A DNA stretch of 64,000 nucleotides, from IMG/VR virus record IMGVR_UViG_3300025124_000003, one strand, 5' to 3'. Positions 9,588 through 18,209 of the stretch are shown piece after piece. The stretch is from an uncultured virus (IMG/VR IMGVR_UViG_3300025124_000003). Lineage: Duplodnaviria > Heunggongvirae > Uroviricota > Caudoviricetes. The position numbers were made by a program, and so were the translations under genes. Each line of letters begins with the position of its first letter. Position 1 is the first letter of the stretch. Under the pieces are notes generated by a model that was not told the origin of the DNA, ran no database searches, and saw only the letters and a program-made list of their open reading frames with translations.

Positions 9588-10388
9588 ATGATGAATTATA
9601 TCAAATATGTAATAAGCTTTATCATGATCTTTTTATTAGTTGGATGTGGTACGAATTTCAATGATGTTCAGATGAAAAAAATAGAATTTGACCAAAAAAG
9701 AATAGAGGCGATACAAGCAATCGAAGAAGCAAAAGCCGCCGCACCAAAACCACAACCATCACAACTCGATGGTAAATACTCAAGTGCAGGTTTTCTTGTA
9801 GAAACCGATGATGAAGGTAAATTAAAAACAGTATTTATCGGTCAAGGAATTATCAACAAAGCAGACAAAACCGCAGAAATAACAGGCTTACATGCTATAG
9901 CATCCACAAATGGATATTCCCCTGTAGAGTCTTCTGTGGTAAAAGAGGGATTTGGTGTCGTAAAAGATATAGCACGATTCACTTTAATGGGGTTTGCTGT
10001 GGATAGGGTTACAGGAGCTATGGGAACCAGATCTACTGTATACACTGCTGGAGGAGATCAAGCGGTTAACAATGGTGTTAATGGTGTAGCAACGACATCT
10101 ACATCTCCTATTGCTGATAGCTATAATAATCAAAGTAATAACAGCAATCAAGGAAATGATTTGTCTGATAACAGTAATAACAGCAATCAAGGAAATGATT
10201 TGTCTGATAACAGTAATAACAGCAATCAAGGAAATGATTTGTCTGATAACAGTGATAACAGCAATAACAGCGATAATCGTAACGATTATGAAAATCAAAC
10301 AGCAACACCAACAGTCGTTAATCCTGTTGTGGTTGATCCTGTTGTGGTTGATCCTGTGATTGTTAATCCTATACCGGCACTACCATAA
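9588..10388 (+). CDS. Lipoprotein with Asn/Ser/Asp-rich tandem repeats
   Basis: Lipobox LLVGC; SNNSNQGNDLSDN x3; VV(D/N)P repeats at the C-terminus. Confidence 0.7.
   Translation: MMNYIKYVISFIMIFLLVGCGTNFNDVQMKKIEFDQKRIEAIQAIEEAKAAAPKPQPSQLDGKYSSAGFLVETDDEGKLKTVFIGQGIINKADKTAEITGLHAIASTNGYSPVESSVVKEGFGVVKDIARFTLMGFAVDRVTGAMGTRSTVYTAGGDQAVNNGVNGVATTSTSPIADSYNNQSNNSNQGNDLSDNSNNSNQGNDLSDNSNNSNQGNDLSDNSDNSNNSDNRNDYENQTATPTVVNPVVVDPVVVDPVIVNPIPALP
10134..10250 (+). repeat. 3 x 39-bp perfect in-frame tandem repeat
   Basis: agtaataacagcaatcaaggaaatgatttgtctgataac repeated three times. Confidence 0.95.
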
Positions 10389-10397
10389 GAGGATATC

Positions 10398-10631
10398 ATG
10401 GATATATTGGAAAGGATTAGTACATACATAGGGGAAGAAATATCTGGTACACCTACAGGAATTTCAACCGGAACAACTACCGGGGATGTTGCTAAATTAC
10501 AGACACGTAATAACATCATCAATAAAAAGAAAAAGAAAAGTGATGATGATGATTCAGAAGAGTCTGTAAAAAGTAAATCAAAACCCGTGAAAAGTGGTAG
10601 TGTCGCAGTATCAACCGTAGCACCTCGATAA
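10398..10631 (+). CDS. Small putative internal head protein
   Basis: MDILERISTYIGEE leader, TTTGDVA motif, charged tail. Confidence 0.55.
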   Translation: MDILERISTYIGEEISGTPTGISTGTTTGDVAKLQTRNNIINKKKKKSDDDDSEESVKSKSKPVKSGSVAVSTVAPR

Positions 10632-10680
10632 AATTAAATGCCCCTGTTTACATGAGTTCTGTTTACAGGGGCATTTAATT
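10632..10680. terminator. 16-bp inverted repeat (terminator-like)
   Basis: aattaaatgcccctgt ... acaggggcatttaatt immediately after a stop codon. Confidence 0.7.
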
Positions 10681-10697
10681 ATAATATAATGTAATAC

Positions 10698-10961
10698 ATG
10701 AAAAAATTATTAAAAATCATAAAAAATAATTGGGGAGTGACATACAACACTCTTGATATGGAAACTCCCCTTATTACTCTATCAGAACAAATTGCGATGG
10801 TCTCTGAAAACTCCACCTTAGAAGAAGTTTATAAAATGTATGTAGGTAATCCTAGCATACATTTACCCGGTCTAATAGCATTTTATATTATTGATGAGTT
10901 AGGTATAGATGCTGAAAAAGTCAATGTTAACATGAAGTTATCCCATATAATCTCCCTCTAA
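10698..10961 (+). CDS. Hypothetical protein
   Basis: ORF only. Confidence 0.5.
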   Translation: MKKLLKIIKNNWGVTYNTLDMETPLITLSEQIAMVSENSTLEEVYKMYVGNPSIHLPGLIAFYIIDELGIDAEKVNVNMKLSHIISL

Positions 10962-10985
10962 TTATAAAAAATATATTCATATTTT

Positions 10986-10993
10986 TATAAATA
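10986..10993 (+). promoter_or_regulatory. T4-type late promoter TATAAATA
   Basis: Exact consensus upstream of 11048. Confidence 0.7.
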
Positions 10994-11047
10994 AAAATAA
11001 GACCCTTTTGGGTAAAAATAATATTAATATAATATGGAGGAAATATT

Positions 11048-12613
11048 ATGTCTTTAGGTCAACAATCAAATCGTCCCGTAACACCTTTTGTGTTTACAAT
11101 CACCACTATCGTTGGTGAACCAACTAGCTTAGGCGCAACCGTTGATAATGCTGGCGGAGTACTTGTAGAAGGTGTTTATGATAATAGTGGTTTAGGTTAT
11201 GCAACAACAACCGATGGTGGTGGTACTGGCTGTACTGTATCTCTGGAAGTTACCGCAGGTCTTGTCCCAACACTGAGTATCGTAACAAAAGGTATTGGAT
11301 ATGCTGTAGGAGATTCAATCACTCTCGCAGAATCTTTGGATTTTTCTGATGCAGACACAGGAACTATCGACAGTACCGTATCATCTGTCACTGGTGCGGT
11401 TAATACAGTTACTGTTACTGATGGTGGAACTGGTTGGTTAACAGGAGATATCATTTCTGTTAATGAACTTGAATCGGATCTTGTTGGTACCGGTCTTACT
11501 GGTACAGTAACAGCGAACGCTGGAGTGGTTTCTGGATTTACCGTTGTTAATGCCGGTATCAATTATGTTGATGGTGATACTGAAACAATCTCGTATATAG
11601 GAACAGGTGAAGTTGGAATTCCGTCCACAGATTATGTTAATCATAATCTATATGAATTGGGTGGGGTAGTTACGGAATATACAAACGCAGATTTGTCACC
11701 CAACACAACATCTTCATATACTCCTAGTGGATCATATACAATTCCACCTTATACCACAGATAATACTCCTACAATCAAAACCGTCAGAAAACCTGATATG
11801 GCTCAATTGTCTGTTCAGAAAAAAACGGTTGCTATTGTAAACGGGAATGTTACTGTATACGCAGAACCAACAATTGTCGATAAAAATGGATATGTAGTTG
11901 GAAATACCGTTCGCGCAGAAGATATCGTGGACAAATCACGCTGTCAGGCAAACGGATTTTTCTGGAATCCGGGAACAAACAACACAGGTGATGCTAATCA
12001 AGGTGATTATGGATATTGTCAAGATCTCCCTGTTACATTTGACCCTGTTGCTCTTGGATCAACCGATGACCAAGCCGGATGTAATGCAATTTCAGGTCTG
12101 ACTGTTAATGAGTATGTTTCGGGTGGCGGTGTTTGCACCCTAGTCGCGGCATCCGACGACGACTGCCCTGTTGGATATAAATTTGATGGTGGAACTGGTT
12201 GCACAAAGTATACTGCGGCAGAAGTTAATGCTTTGACTCAATCATCCACCCAAATCAAACGTGATGAATGTATAGCATCAGGTAATCATTGGGAGCCTAA
12301 AGCAGTTGCTGGTTCGGAGTGTATTGATGCAAGTACGCCGGGTAATTTTAGTCTTGTTAATTTTAACTATAATACCACGTCATCCGCTCTCCAATACGCA
12401 GAGTTGACATGTAAACAATACGGTCACCGTTGGAATTCAGGTCTTCGTACATGTATTGCCGATTCTGATCACAGTGTCCTTACCACAAAGGCAGACTGTA
12501 TATCAGCAGGTCATGTATGGATTGCCGGTGCATGTTATGATGGCGCTGATTTTGGTGATGGACATAACCGCGAAGGATCCTTTCAACAAGATCCTACCGT
12601 AGTTTTTAAATAA
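11048..12613 (+). CDS. Putative virion fibre/decoration protein with Cys-rich C-terminal repeats
   Basis: Late promoter; G-x-G-Y/W beta repeats (GIGYAVGD, GTGWLTGD, GINYVDGD); C-x3-G-x2-W repeats. Confidence 0.65.
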   Translation: MSLGQQSNRPVTPFVFTITTIVGEPTSLGATVDNAGGVLVEGVYDNSGLGYATTTDGGGTGCTVSLEVTAGLVPTLSIVTKGIGYAVGDSITLAESLDFSDADTGTIDSTVSSVTGAVNTVTVTDGGTGWLTGDIISVNELESDLVGTGLTGTVTANAGVVSGFTVVNAGINYVDGDTETISYIGTGEVGIPSTDYVNHNLYELGGVVTEYTNADLSPNTTSSYTPSGSYTIPPYTTDNTPTIKTVRKPDMAQLSVQKKTVAIVNGNVTVYAEPTIVDKNGYVVGNTVRAEDIVDKSRCQANGFFWNPGTNNTGDANQGDYGYCQDLPVTFDPVALGSTDDQAGCNAISGLTVNEYVSGGGVCTLVAASDDDCPVGYKFDGGTGCTKYTAAEVNALTQSSTQIKRDECIASGNHWEPKAVAGSECIDASTPGNFSLVNFNYNTTSSALQYAELTCKQYGHRWNSGLRTCIADSDHSVLTTKADCISAGHVWIAGACYDGADFGDGHNREGSFQQDPTVVFK

Positions 12614-12636
12614 AACATTATAATATAATGTAATAC

Positions 12637-12671
12637 AATAGGGGTGGTCTTCGGGTCACCCCTATTTTTTT
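12637..12671 (+). terminator. Rho-independent terminator with C(UUCG)G loop
   Basis: aataggggtggtc-ttcg-ggtcacccctatt followed by a T tract; a TATAAATA late promoter follows at 12671-12678. Confidence 0.9.
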
Positions 12672-12714
12672 ATAAATAACATTAAATACCAATCATAACA
12701 TTAGGGGTCTTATC

Positions 12715-13635
12715 ATGCGTTTTGAAAGTTATATTACAGAAAAACAAATTATCGTTGGCGGGGGAAAGTCATACGGTCAAATTGTTTTTCTCGCTGGAGG
12801 TGCCGGGAGCGGAAAGGGATTCTCCTCGTCCAATTTCATGGAAAAAAACAAGTTTAAGGTCAGAGATGTGGATGAATTAAAAAAAATGGCAGTTAAAATA
12901 TCAAAGCTAAAGAAAGAAAATCCTGAAATTGCTAATACAGTTTGGAGTAATCCAGATGACATTAAAAGATTACATCAATTTGTAAAAGATAAAGGGTGGA
13001 AAGACGAAACTCTTGAATTACTTCTAGCAGGCGCATCAAAAAATAATCTACCTAATATAATGTTTGATGTAACGTTGAAAGATATAAATGATATAACTGA
13101 AATTATACCTCAATTATTAGAAGTGGGATATAAACCAAAAGATGTTCATTTAACATGGGTGCTGACAGACTTCTATGTAGCAGTGGAACAAAATAAAACA
13201 CGGGAAAGAAGGGTTCCTTATGATATTATGCTAAAAACTCATTCTGGAGCCGCAAATACAGTTACGGATATATTAAGACATAAATATAACATTATAGGAA
13301 CTCATATAGATGGTGATATAAATATTATTCTTGGTGGTAACAAAAACACCGTGTATATGACAACAGGTGATACCAAAGAGACGATGAAGGGTAAAAATAA
13401 GTACATACAACAACCCGGAGAAAGAATAGAACAAATAGGAAAATACAGCAAAGATAAGACCTTTATAATCAAAAGCTTTAAATATATAAACGTTAAGGAG
13501 TCAGGTAAACCCATGAAATCAAGTAAAGATTTCGAAAATGAAATGTTGAATTGGGATGACCTGAGAGACTTTATAAAAAATAATATTCCAAAAACGTCAG
13601 ATACCGTAAATATTCGTAGACGTAAGAGGGTATAA
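12715..13635 (+). CDS. P-loop kinase (AAA_33/zeta-toxin/PNK-like) with head-targeting leader
   Basis: MRFESYITE; Walker A GGAGSGKG; DVDE; IMFDVT; NKTRERRVP lid. Confidence 0.8.
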   Translation: MRFESYITEKQIIVGGGKSYGQIVFLAGGAGSGKGFSSSNFMEKNKFKVRDVDELKKMAVKISKLKKENPEIANTVWSNPDDIKRLHQFVKDKGWKDETLELLLAGASKNNLPNIMFDVTLKDINDITEIIPQLLEVGYKPKDVHLTWVLTDFYVAVEQNKTRERRVPYDIMLKTHSGAANTVTDILRHKYNIIGTHIDGDINIILGGNKNTVYMTTGDTKETMKGKNKYIQQPGERIEQIGKYSKDKTFIIKSFKYINVKESGKPMKSSKDFENEMLNWDDLRDFIKNNIPKTSDTVNIRRRKRV

Positions 13636-13662
13636 TGTGTATAATGTCAGTGAAGGGAGACA

Positions 13663-13890
13663 TTGACTATGATGAAAAAAGAACCTGTCCATGAAGTGCT
13701 AGGAAACGAATTCGGTCTCTTATACAAAGAGAAAATCAAGGATAATCTATGGGTTAAAATTTATCGCTTTAGCCCGTATGAGTACCACCGCATCGTTGAT
13801 GATGATGGCTTTATTCTCGAAGAAGGTCGCCTTGAGATAATCCATGATTACAAAAAATATGTGAATGATATTAAAATGAATTATTTGTAG
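13663..13890 (+). CDS. Hypothetical protein
   Basis: ORF with GGGAG SD. Confidence 0.5.
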   Translation: MTMMKKEPVHEVLGNEFGLLYKEKIKDNLWVKIYRFSPYEYHRIVDDDGFILEEGRLEIIHDYKKYVNDIKMNYL

Positions 13891-13936
13891 ATAATATATA
13901 AATATGTTTATATTACATTAAGGATATTAATTTTTT

Positions 13937-14458
13937 ATGAAATTTCAGCAATATTTAAACGAACGTGAATTTAATATATTAGGATTTATATATCTAACTA
14001 ATGAAATTAATGAAGTTTCTGATGAGTTTTTAGCTTCACTTCAAAAACTCGGTCAAAAGATGGGCATAAAAGTCCGTAAATCAAAAACATTTCAAGAGCA
14101 ATTAGGTAAAGCTGGTAAAGGTGTTCTCCATTTAATGAAATTAATACTGGATTATTCCGTACACGCTGACATCTTAGATAAAGAACCTTTATTACAGCTG
14201 GAAAAAGATATTAAATTACAGTTCAGTAAAGTTCAAAAAGAAGATATAATTTCTTTTATTGTTAATATAGATAAAACGTTTCTGGGTATAACTTCTATAC
14301 CACGACACATTATGCAAAATATACTAGGAATATCCATATCAACTTATGATAATTTCCAATCAAACCATGACTATGTATATAAAAACATGACTAAAATTAT
14401 CGCCACTCTTCATGCCATGGGTGATACTGATAACGAGGAGTTAGCCAAAAACTTTTGA
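13937..14458 (+). CDS. Head-targeting-tagged helical protein (paralog of 8970-9578)
   Basis: TATAAATA at 13897-13904; MKFQQYLNE. One extra A in the run at 14447-14451 would extend it to an ATGA overlap at 14481-14484. Confidence 0.7.
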   Translation: MKFQQYLNEREFNILGFIYLTNEINEVSDEFLASLQKLGQKMGIKVRKSKTFQEQLGKAGKGVLHLMKLILDYSVHADILDKEPLLQLEKDIKLQFSKVQKEDIISFIVNIDKTFLGITSIPRHIMQNILGISISTYDNFQSNHDYVYKNMTKIIATLHAMGDTDNEELAKNF

Positions 14459-14480
14459 AAAATGTTACGGGGAAAGAATC

Positions 14481-14789
14481 ATGATATATGGTAAATTCAC
14501 TATATACATGTTATTAGCTATATGCTTAATAATCGGATTGGAACATTTAGGTGTTTTTGAAAAAATATCCAAATCACCTACCTATGGATGGATCATAAAT
14601 GATCAGACCAACCCATATCTCACTGATGAAGATAAAATGAAATCATGGGGGTATAACGACACCCATTGGGGGGATTATCAAAGTAAGTTCGCAATGGAGC
14701 CAGACGGAAGATTAAGACCTTTAACAGTCCTTACGCCAGAAGAGATGAAAATACAAGAGGATCAAGGATGTACATCTTGTCATGACTGA
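14481..14789 (+). CDS. Membrane-anchored protein with C-terminal CxxCH motif
   Basis: N-terminal hydrophobic helix; ends ...GCTSCHD. Confidence 0.6.
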   Translation: MIYGKFTIYMLLAICLIIGLEHLGVFEKISKSPTYGWIINDQTNPYLTDEDKMKSWGYNDTHWGDYQSKFAMEPDGRLRPLTVLTPEEMKIQEDQGCTSCHD

Positions 14790-14835
14790 TAAAACTTTGA
14801 GAAGGCTTTTTTAAGAAGCCCTCTCAATTAAATAA

Positions 14836-15000
14836 TTAAAGTGCAATAACAAATGCAACTAGCAAAACTACCACTGCAATAATCAAATATGATCTACGAA
14901 TTTTTTCTGATTTAATATCCAACCAATCAAGAGCATCTTTTCCAAAAGTGATCATCTTATCAGTTATTTTATCAGTTAATTTTTTTATATCAAATTCCAT
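14836..15000 (-). CDS. 54-aa C-terminally anchored membrane protein
   Basis: Read manually: MEFDIKKL...YLIIAVVVLLVAFVIAL; AGGAG SD. Confidence 0.6.
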   Translation of the reverse strand: MEFDIKKLTDKITDKMITFGKDALDWLDIKSEKIRRSYLIIAVVVLLVAFVIAL

Positions 15001-15067
15001 TTTTTCTCCTTTGTGTTTTTTTTTTATCGTTTCTTTTATTTATCTAAAATGCACTAATGATACTAAA

Positions 15068-15103
15068 AAGGGTATATATGAATTAAAATTCATATATACC
15101 CTT
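15068..15103. other. 17-bp perfect inverted repeat
   Basis: aagggtatatatgaatt-aa-aattcatatataccctt; terminator or operator. Confidence 0.7.
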
Positions 15104-15323
15104 ATATATAATTATATTTCCCTTTGGTGGATAACCTTAGTCTAACATGAAAAAATGTATATGTCAACCTCCCTTTAATTTTTATTTGGTGTGGTCTTTA
15201 CTTTGACCAAAACGAGACCTTCCTCTGGGATGATATGAGTTAAGGGGAGAATGAGGAACATTAAAACCATCAATACTTCAAACATAAAAAACTCCTTGTG
15301 TTAGGGATAATTACAACTGAACT

Positions 15324-15623
15324 TTAAAGAGAGAGGTAGAGTTTTGTGGTGCTTTCAAATACAGGTTTAAGTTGATCAAAATATATACCCTTACATTCTT
15401 TCTTAATGGTGTATTTAGTACCGAAAACTTTACCAATTTCAACATCATACTCATCAAGGGGGGTGAGGGTTACTTTAATGTAATTGGCAATTTTTGAACC
15501 CTTGAATCGGAACGAAACTCCTGCGCCACAATCGATGAAATTATAAGCACCCACCATACATTTGAGACAACCAAACCCACCCATTTGCTCAGCTATTGTC
15601 TTTGCGATTAAAGGATTTTTCAT
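15324..15623 (-). CDS. Small early phage protein
   Basis: Own TTGACT..TATTAT promoter, AGGAG SD. Confidence 0.65.
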   Translation of the reverse strand: MKNPLIAKTIAEQMGGFGCLKCMVGAYNFIDCGAGVSFRFKGSKIANYIKVTLTPLDEYDVEIGKVFGTKYTIKKECKGIYFDQLKPVFESTTKLYLSL

Positions 15624-15772
15624 CTAAAACTCCTATTATGTTTTGTCACGCAAGCCCTTGATACATACACATAATACACCTGATGAATTTTATAGTCAAT
15701 GATTATTTTTGTGTTGACTTTGTGTTTATACCATGATACTGTTATTAGTAACTCAAACGAAAGGATATTTGT

Positions 15773-16054
15773 ATGGATAGACGAGTTGTTCATTATTCAG
15801 AAATAGATCCACGGACGTATGACGAGCATACATCAATCAAAACTTTATGTAACCGTGAGATGACGCCTAGATATCGGTTCACAAAAGTCACTGATCGCGT
15901 AACATGTACCATTTGTAAATCAAAATTAAATAAACTTAGTATGAATGTGGGTCAGCCTAATGGGGAAAAATTAATTATCACTAAACTCTCTGATGTCGGT
16001 TCTTGTGGTGACGAGATTCATGATTCTTATCTATCACGACTAGGTATTTGTTGA
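15773..16054 (+). CDS. Small protein with a possible Zn ribbon (TLC..VTCTIC)
   Basis: TTGACT promoter at about 15714; Cys motif. Confidence 0.55.
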   Translation: MDRRVVHYSEIDPRTYDEHTSIKTLCNREMTPRYRFTKVTDRVTCTICKSKLNKLSMNVGQPNGEKLIITKLSDVGSCGDEIHDSYLSRLGIC

Positions 16055-16122
16055 CAACCGTGAAATATAGATGTATTATATATTTGTTGGTGACGAAAAC
16101 CCCTTGAGAAAGGAAAAAAAAG

Positions 16123-16425
16123 ATGACCCCCGAATTTAAAAAGTCTTTTGATCTGTATCTCCAAGGATGTAAAGATATTTTTGATCAATATTGGGAAAAT
16201 AACGGTTTCATCCACGAAAAGAGTGTCTTTGATTATAAAGTTGGTCACAGGTACGTCAAAGTTATCAATGGTTCGAGTGTTCATTCTTTTGTTGATATGA
16301 CCAACGGTAATGTTCTTAAGCCAGCGGGCTGGTCGAAACCCGCGAAACATTCAAGGGGAAACATTTTTGATGAGAAGAATGGTCTTGCGACTATGGGTCC
16401 TTACGGTCCAGCCTACCTTCGGTAA
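16123..16425 (+). CDS. Conserved early phage protein
   Basis: RYVKV..SVHSFVD..G.VLKPAGWSKPAK..RGNI motif, recalled from T4-like phages; TTGACA promoter at about 16051. Confidence 0.7.
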   Translation: MTPEFKKSFDLYLQGCKDIFDQYWENNGFIHEKSVFDYKVGHRYVKVINGSSVHSFVDMTNGNVLKPAGWSKPAKHSRGNIFDEKNGLATMGPYGPAYLR

Positions 16426-16593
16426 AAATACCAAACAAATCTAACATAAGGAGATTTATAATGAAGAACGCTCTATACAATTGTGCCGCTGACATTGTGT
16501 TTTATTTTTCTTATTACTACCAATACATTCCGTATCTTCCGATGTTCTTTTAAAAAGAAACACCAATGGATTTTAAATTAAAAAGGAATTATT

Positions 16594-16893
16594 ATGTCAT
16601 TTAAATATGAAGTTAAAACAAGTGAAACTGTTGAACCGGATGAGACTGTAGAAAATTCTACAGAACTTTATAGTGGAAATATTTTATGGATTATGTTATT
16701 TATTTTGGCTATCATTAAAATTACCGGTATAGCAGACATTAGCTGGGTTATTGTATTAGCACCTATATGGATTCCGTTGTCGGTAGTCCTTGGATCATTG
16801 TTAGTATTGCTATCAATTATCCTTCTGTTTGTTGTCGTATTGTTAATTGTTTACGGTATTATGCTGGTAGTAGATAAATTTAATCATGACTAA
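16594..16893 (+). CDS. Small membrane protein
   Basis: IKITGIADISWVIVLAPIWIP and a long hydrophobic segment. Confidence 0.65.
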   Translation: MSFKYEVKTSETVEPDETVENSTELYSGNILWIMLFILAIIKITGIADISWVIVLAPIWIPLSVVLGSLLVLLSIILLFVVVLLIVYGIMLVVDKFNHD

Positions 16894-17086
16894 CAGAACA
16901 ATTGATCCTAAAAAAATTATACTGGTTATGATACCCAAAAAATGTGATAAATGTGAACATACACAGCATGCATTTTTTGTAAATAAGGAATCGTTTGATG
17001 AGTGGAGTTGTCCTGTATGTGAGGGTAGACTTGATCCTTACGAAAATCTGGACATGGATGGTAATATCCCTGCCACAAAAGGTTAA
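16886..17086 (+). CDS. Small Zn-ribbon protein
   Basis: CDKC...CPVC. Confidence 0.55.
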   Translation: MTNRTIDPKKIILVMIPKKCDKCEHTQHAFFVNKESFDEWSCPVCEGRLDPYENLDMDGNIPATKG

Positions 17087-17185
17087 AAATAATTATTGAG
17101 TTTAATGATGTTAACAAAAATCACGAGGTTCTGATTATAAACGGGTAAATGAAAAAGTTGAAATTTTTAATATAGGTATCACTCA

Positions 17186-17434
17186 ATGAATCTGAAAATG
17201 AATAAGAAAACAATCAACAAAATTTCAGAACTAATGGAATCCATTCGTTCTACCACGACTGATAAAAAAGTTATAAATATGACTATGATTGTTGAAAAAT
17301 GCATCGATATCGTTGATGATCTGCAGGAAGATAACTTATTTCTACTAGAAGAAAATGAACGATTGAGGTTTGAGTTACAAGACAAGCGATTCGAAACAAA
17401 TCAAAGTCGAGGTGGGAGACGGGGGTTTTCATGA
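17186..17434 (+). CDS. Hypothetical coiled-coil protein
   Basis: ORF, ATGA-coupled to the next gene. Confidence 0.5.
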   Translation: MNLKMNKKTINKISELMESIRSTTTDKKVINMTMIVEKCIDIVDDLQEDNLFLLEENERLRFELQDKRFETNQSRGGRRGFS

Positions 17435-17631
17435 AAGTTGGAGATTTCTTTTATTCAGAAAAGTTCATAGGGTGTATTGTTGAAGATCTTAACAATGGTC
17501 TATTCGGAGTAACCTTTAATTCACGTGATGGTAGAGAATATAATTATAACAATGTTTCTATGGCTGTCGTTGAGTCAATGATTGATCAAAAGGAGTGGTT
17601 TACCGGGACAGACCCTTTCAGGGGGTGTTAA
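17431..17631 (+). CDS. Hypothetical protein
   Basis: ORF only. Confidence 0.5.
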   Translation: MKVGDFFYSEKFIGCIVEDLNNGLFGVTFNSRDGREYNYNNVSMAVVESMIDQKEWFTGTDPFRGC

Positions 17632-18085
17632 TTTTGTGAATTCGGTTAAACAATTTCATAATGAATACAATTGGTTAAGTAATTTTTATGAAAATCCGGT
17701 GACTTATAAAGGGTTAACATATTCTTCATCTGAGACCGCATATCAAGCACATAAGTCTTTGGATATAAAATTACACCAAGAATTTGTTAAATTGAGTCCC
17801 AAAGAATCAAAGAAGCTTGGTCAGAAAATAAAAAAGCGTGACGATTGGGACAAAATAAAAGTTTCTGTTATGTATGATATTATTGTCGAGAAATTCAGTG
17901 ATAAGATATTACGCGAAAAATTATTGAATACAGGTGATGATAGACTGATCGAAGGTAACTGGTGGCATGACTGCTATTGGGGTCATTGTTACTGTGTTAA
18001 TTGTATCGGTTATACCAAAAATAATTTTCTTGGTAAAATTTTGATGTTGATACGAGAAAGAATACGATCCCATTACATCAAATAA
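17582..18085 (+). CDS. NADAR (YbiA-like) hydrolase; true start probably about 17636
   Basis: WLSNFY, SETAYQAHK, RDDWD, KF, LLNTG...LIEGN.WHD.YWG, NFLGKILM..R. Confidence 0.9.
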   Translation: MIKRSGLPGQTLSGGVNFVNSVKQFHNEYNWLSNFYENPVTYKGLTYSSSETAYQAHKSLDIKLHQEFVKLSPKESKKLGQKIKKRDDWDKIKVSVMYDIIVEKFSDKILREKLLNTGDDRLIEGNWWHDCYWGHCYCVNCIGYTKNNFLGKILMLIRERIRSHYIK

Positions 18086-18209
18086 TAATAATATCGTCAC
18101 CCTTCCGTTTTATAACCCTGATCATTTACTGGTCAGGGTTTTTGTGTATTTATTTTTTTCATAAATATACATAAGACATAGTTCTTTATATTACAGGAGG
18201 CGCACTTGT

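Noticed and set aside
10134..10250. CRISPR array
   Set aside because: Head-to-tail 39-bp repeats with no spacers, in frame within a lipoprotein gene.
9984..10359. Repetitive ORFs in alternative frames (IIAVITV.., CCYYCYQ..)
   Set aside because: Shadows of the 39-bp repeat in the lipoprotein gene.
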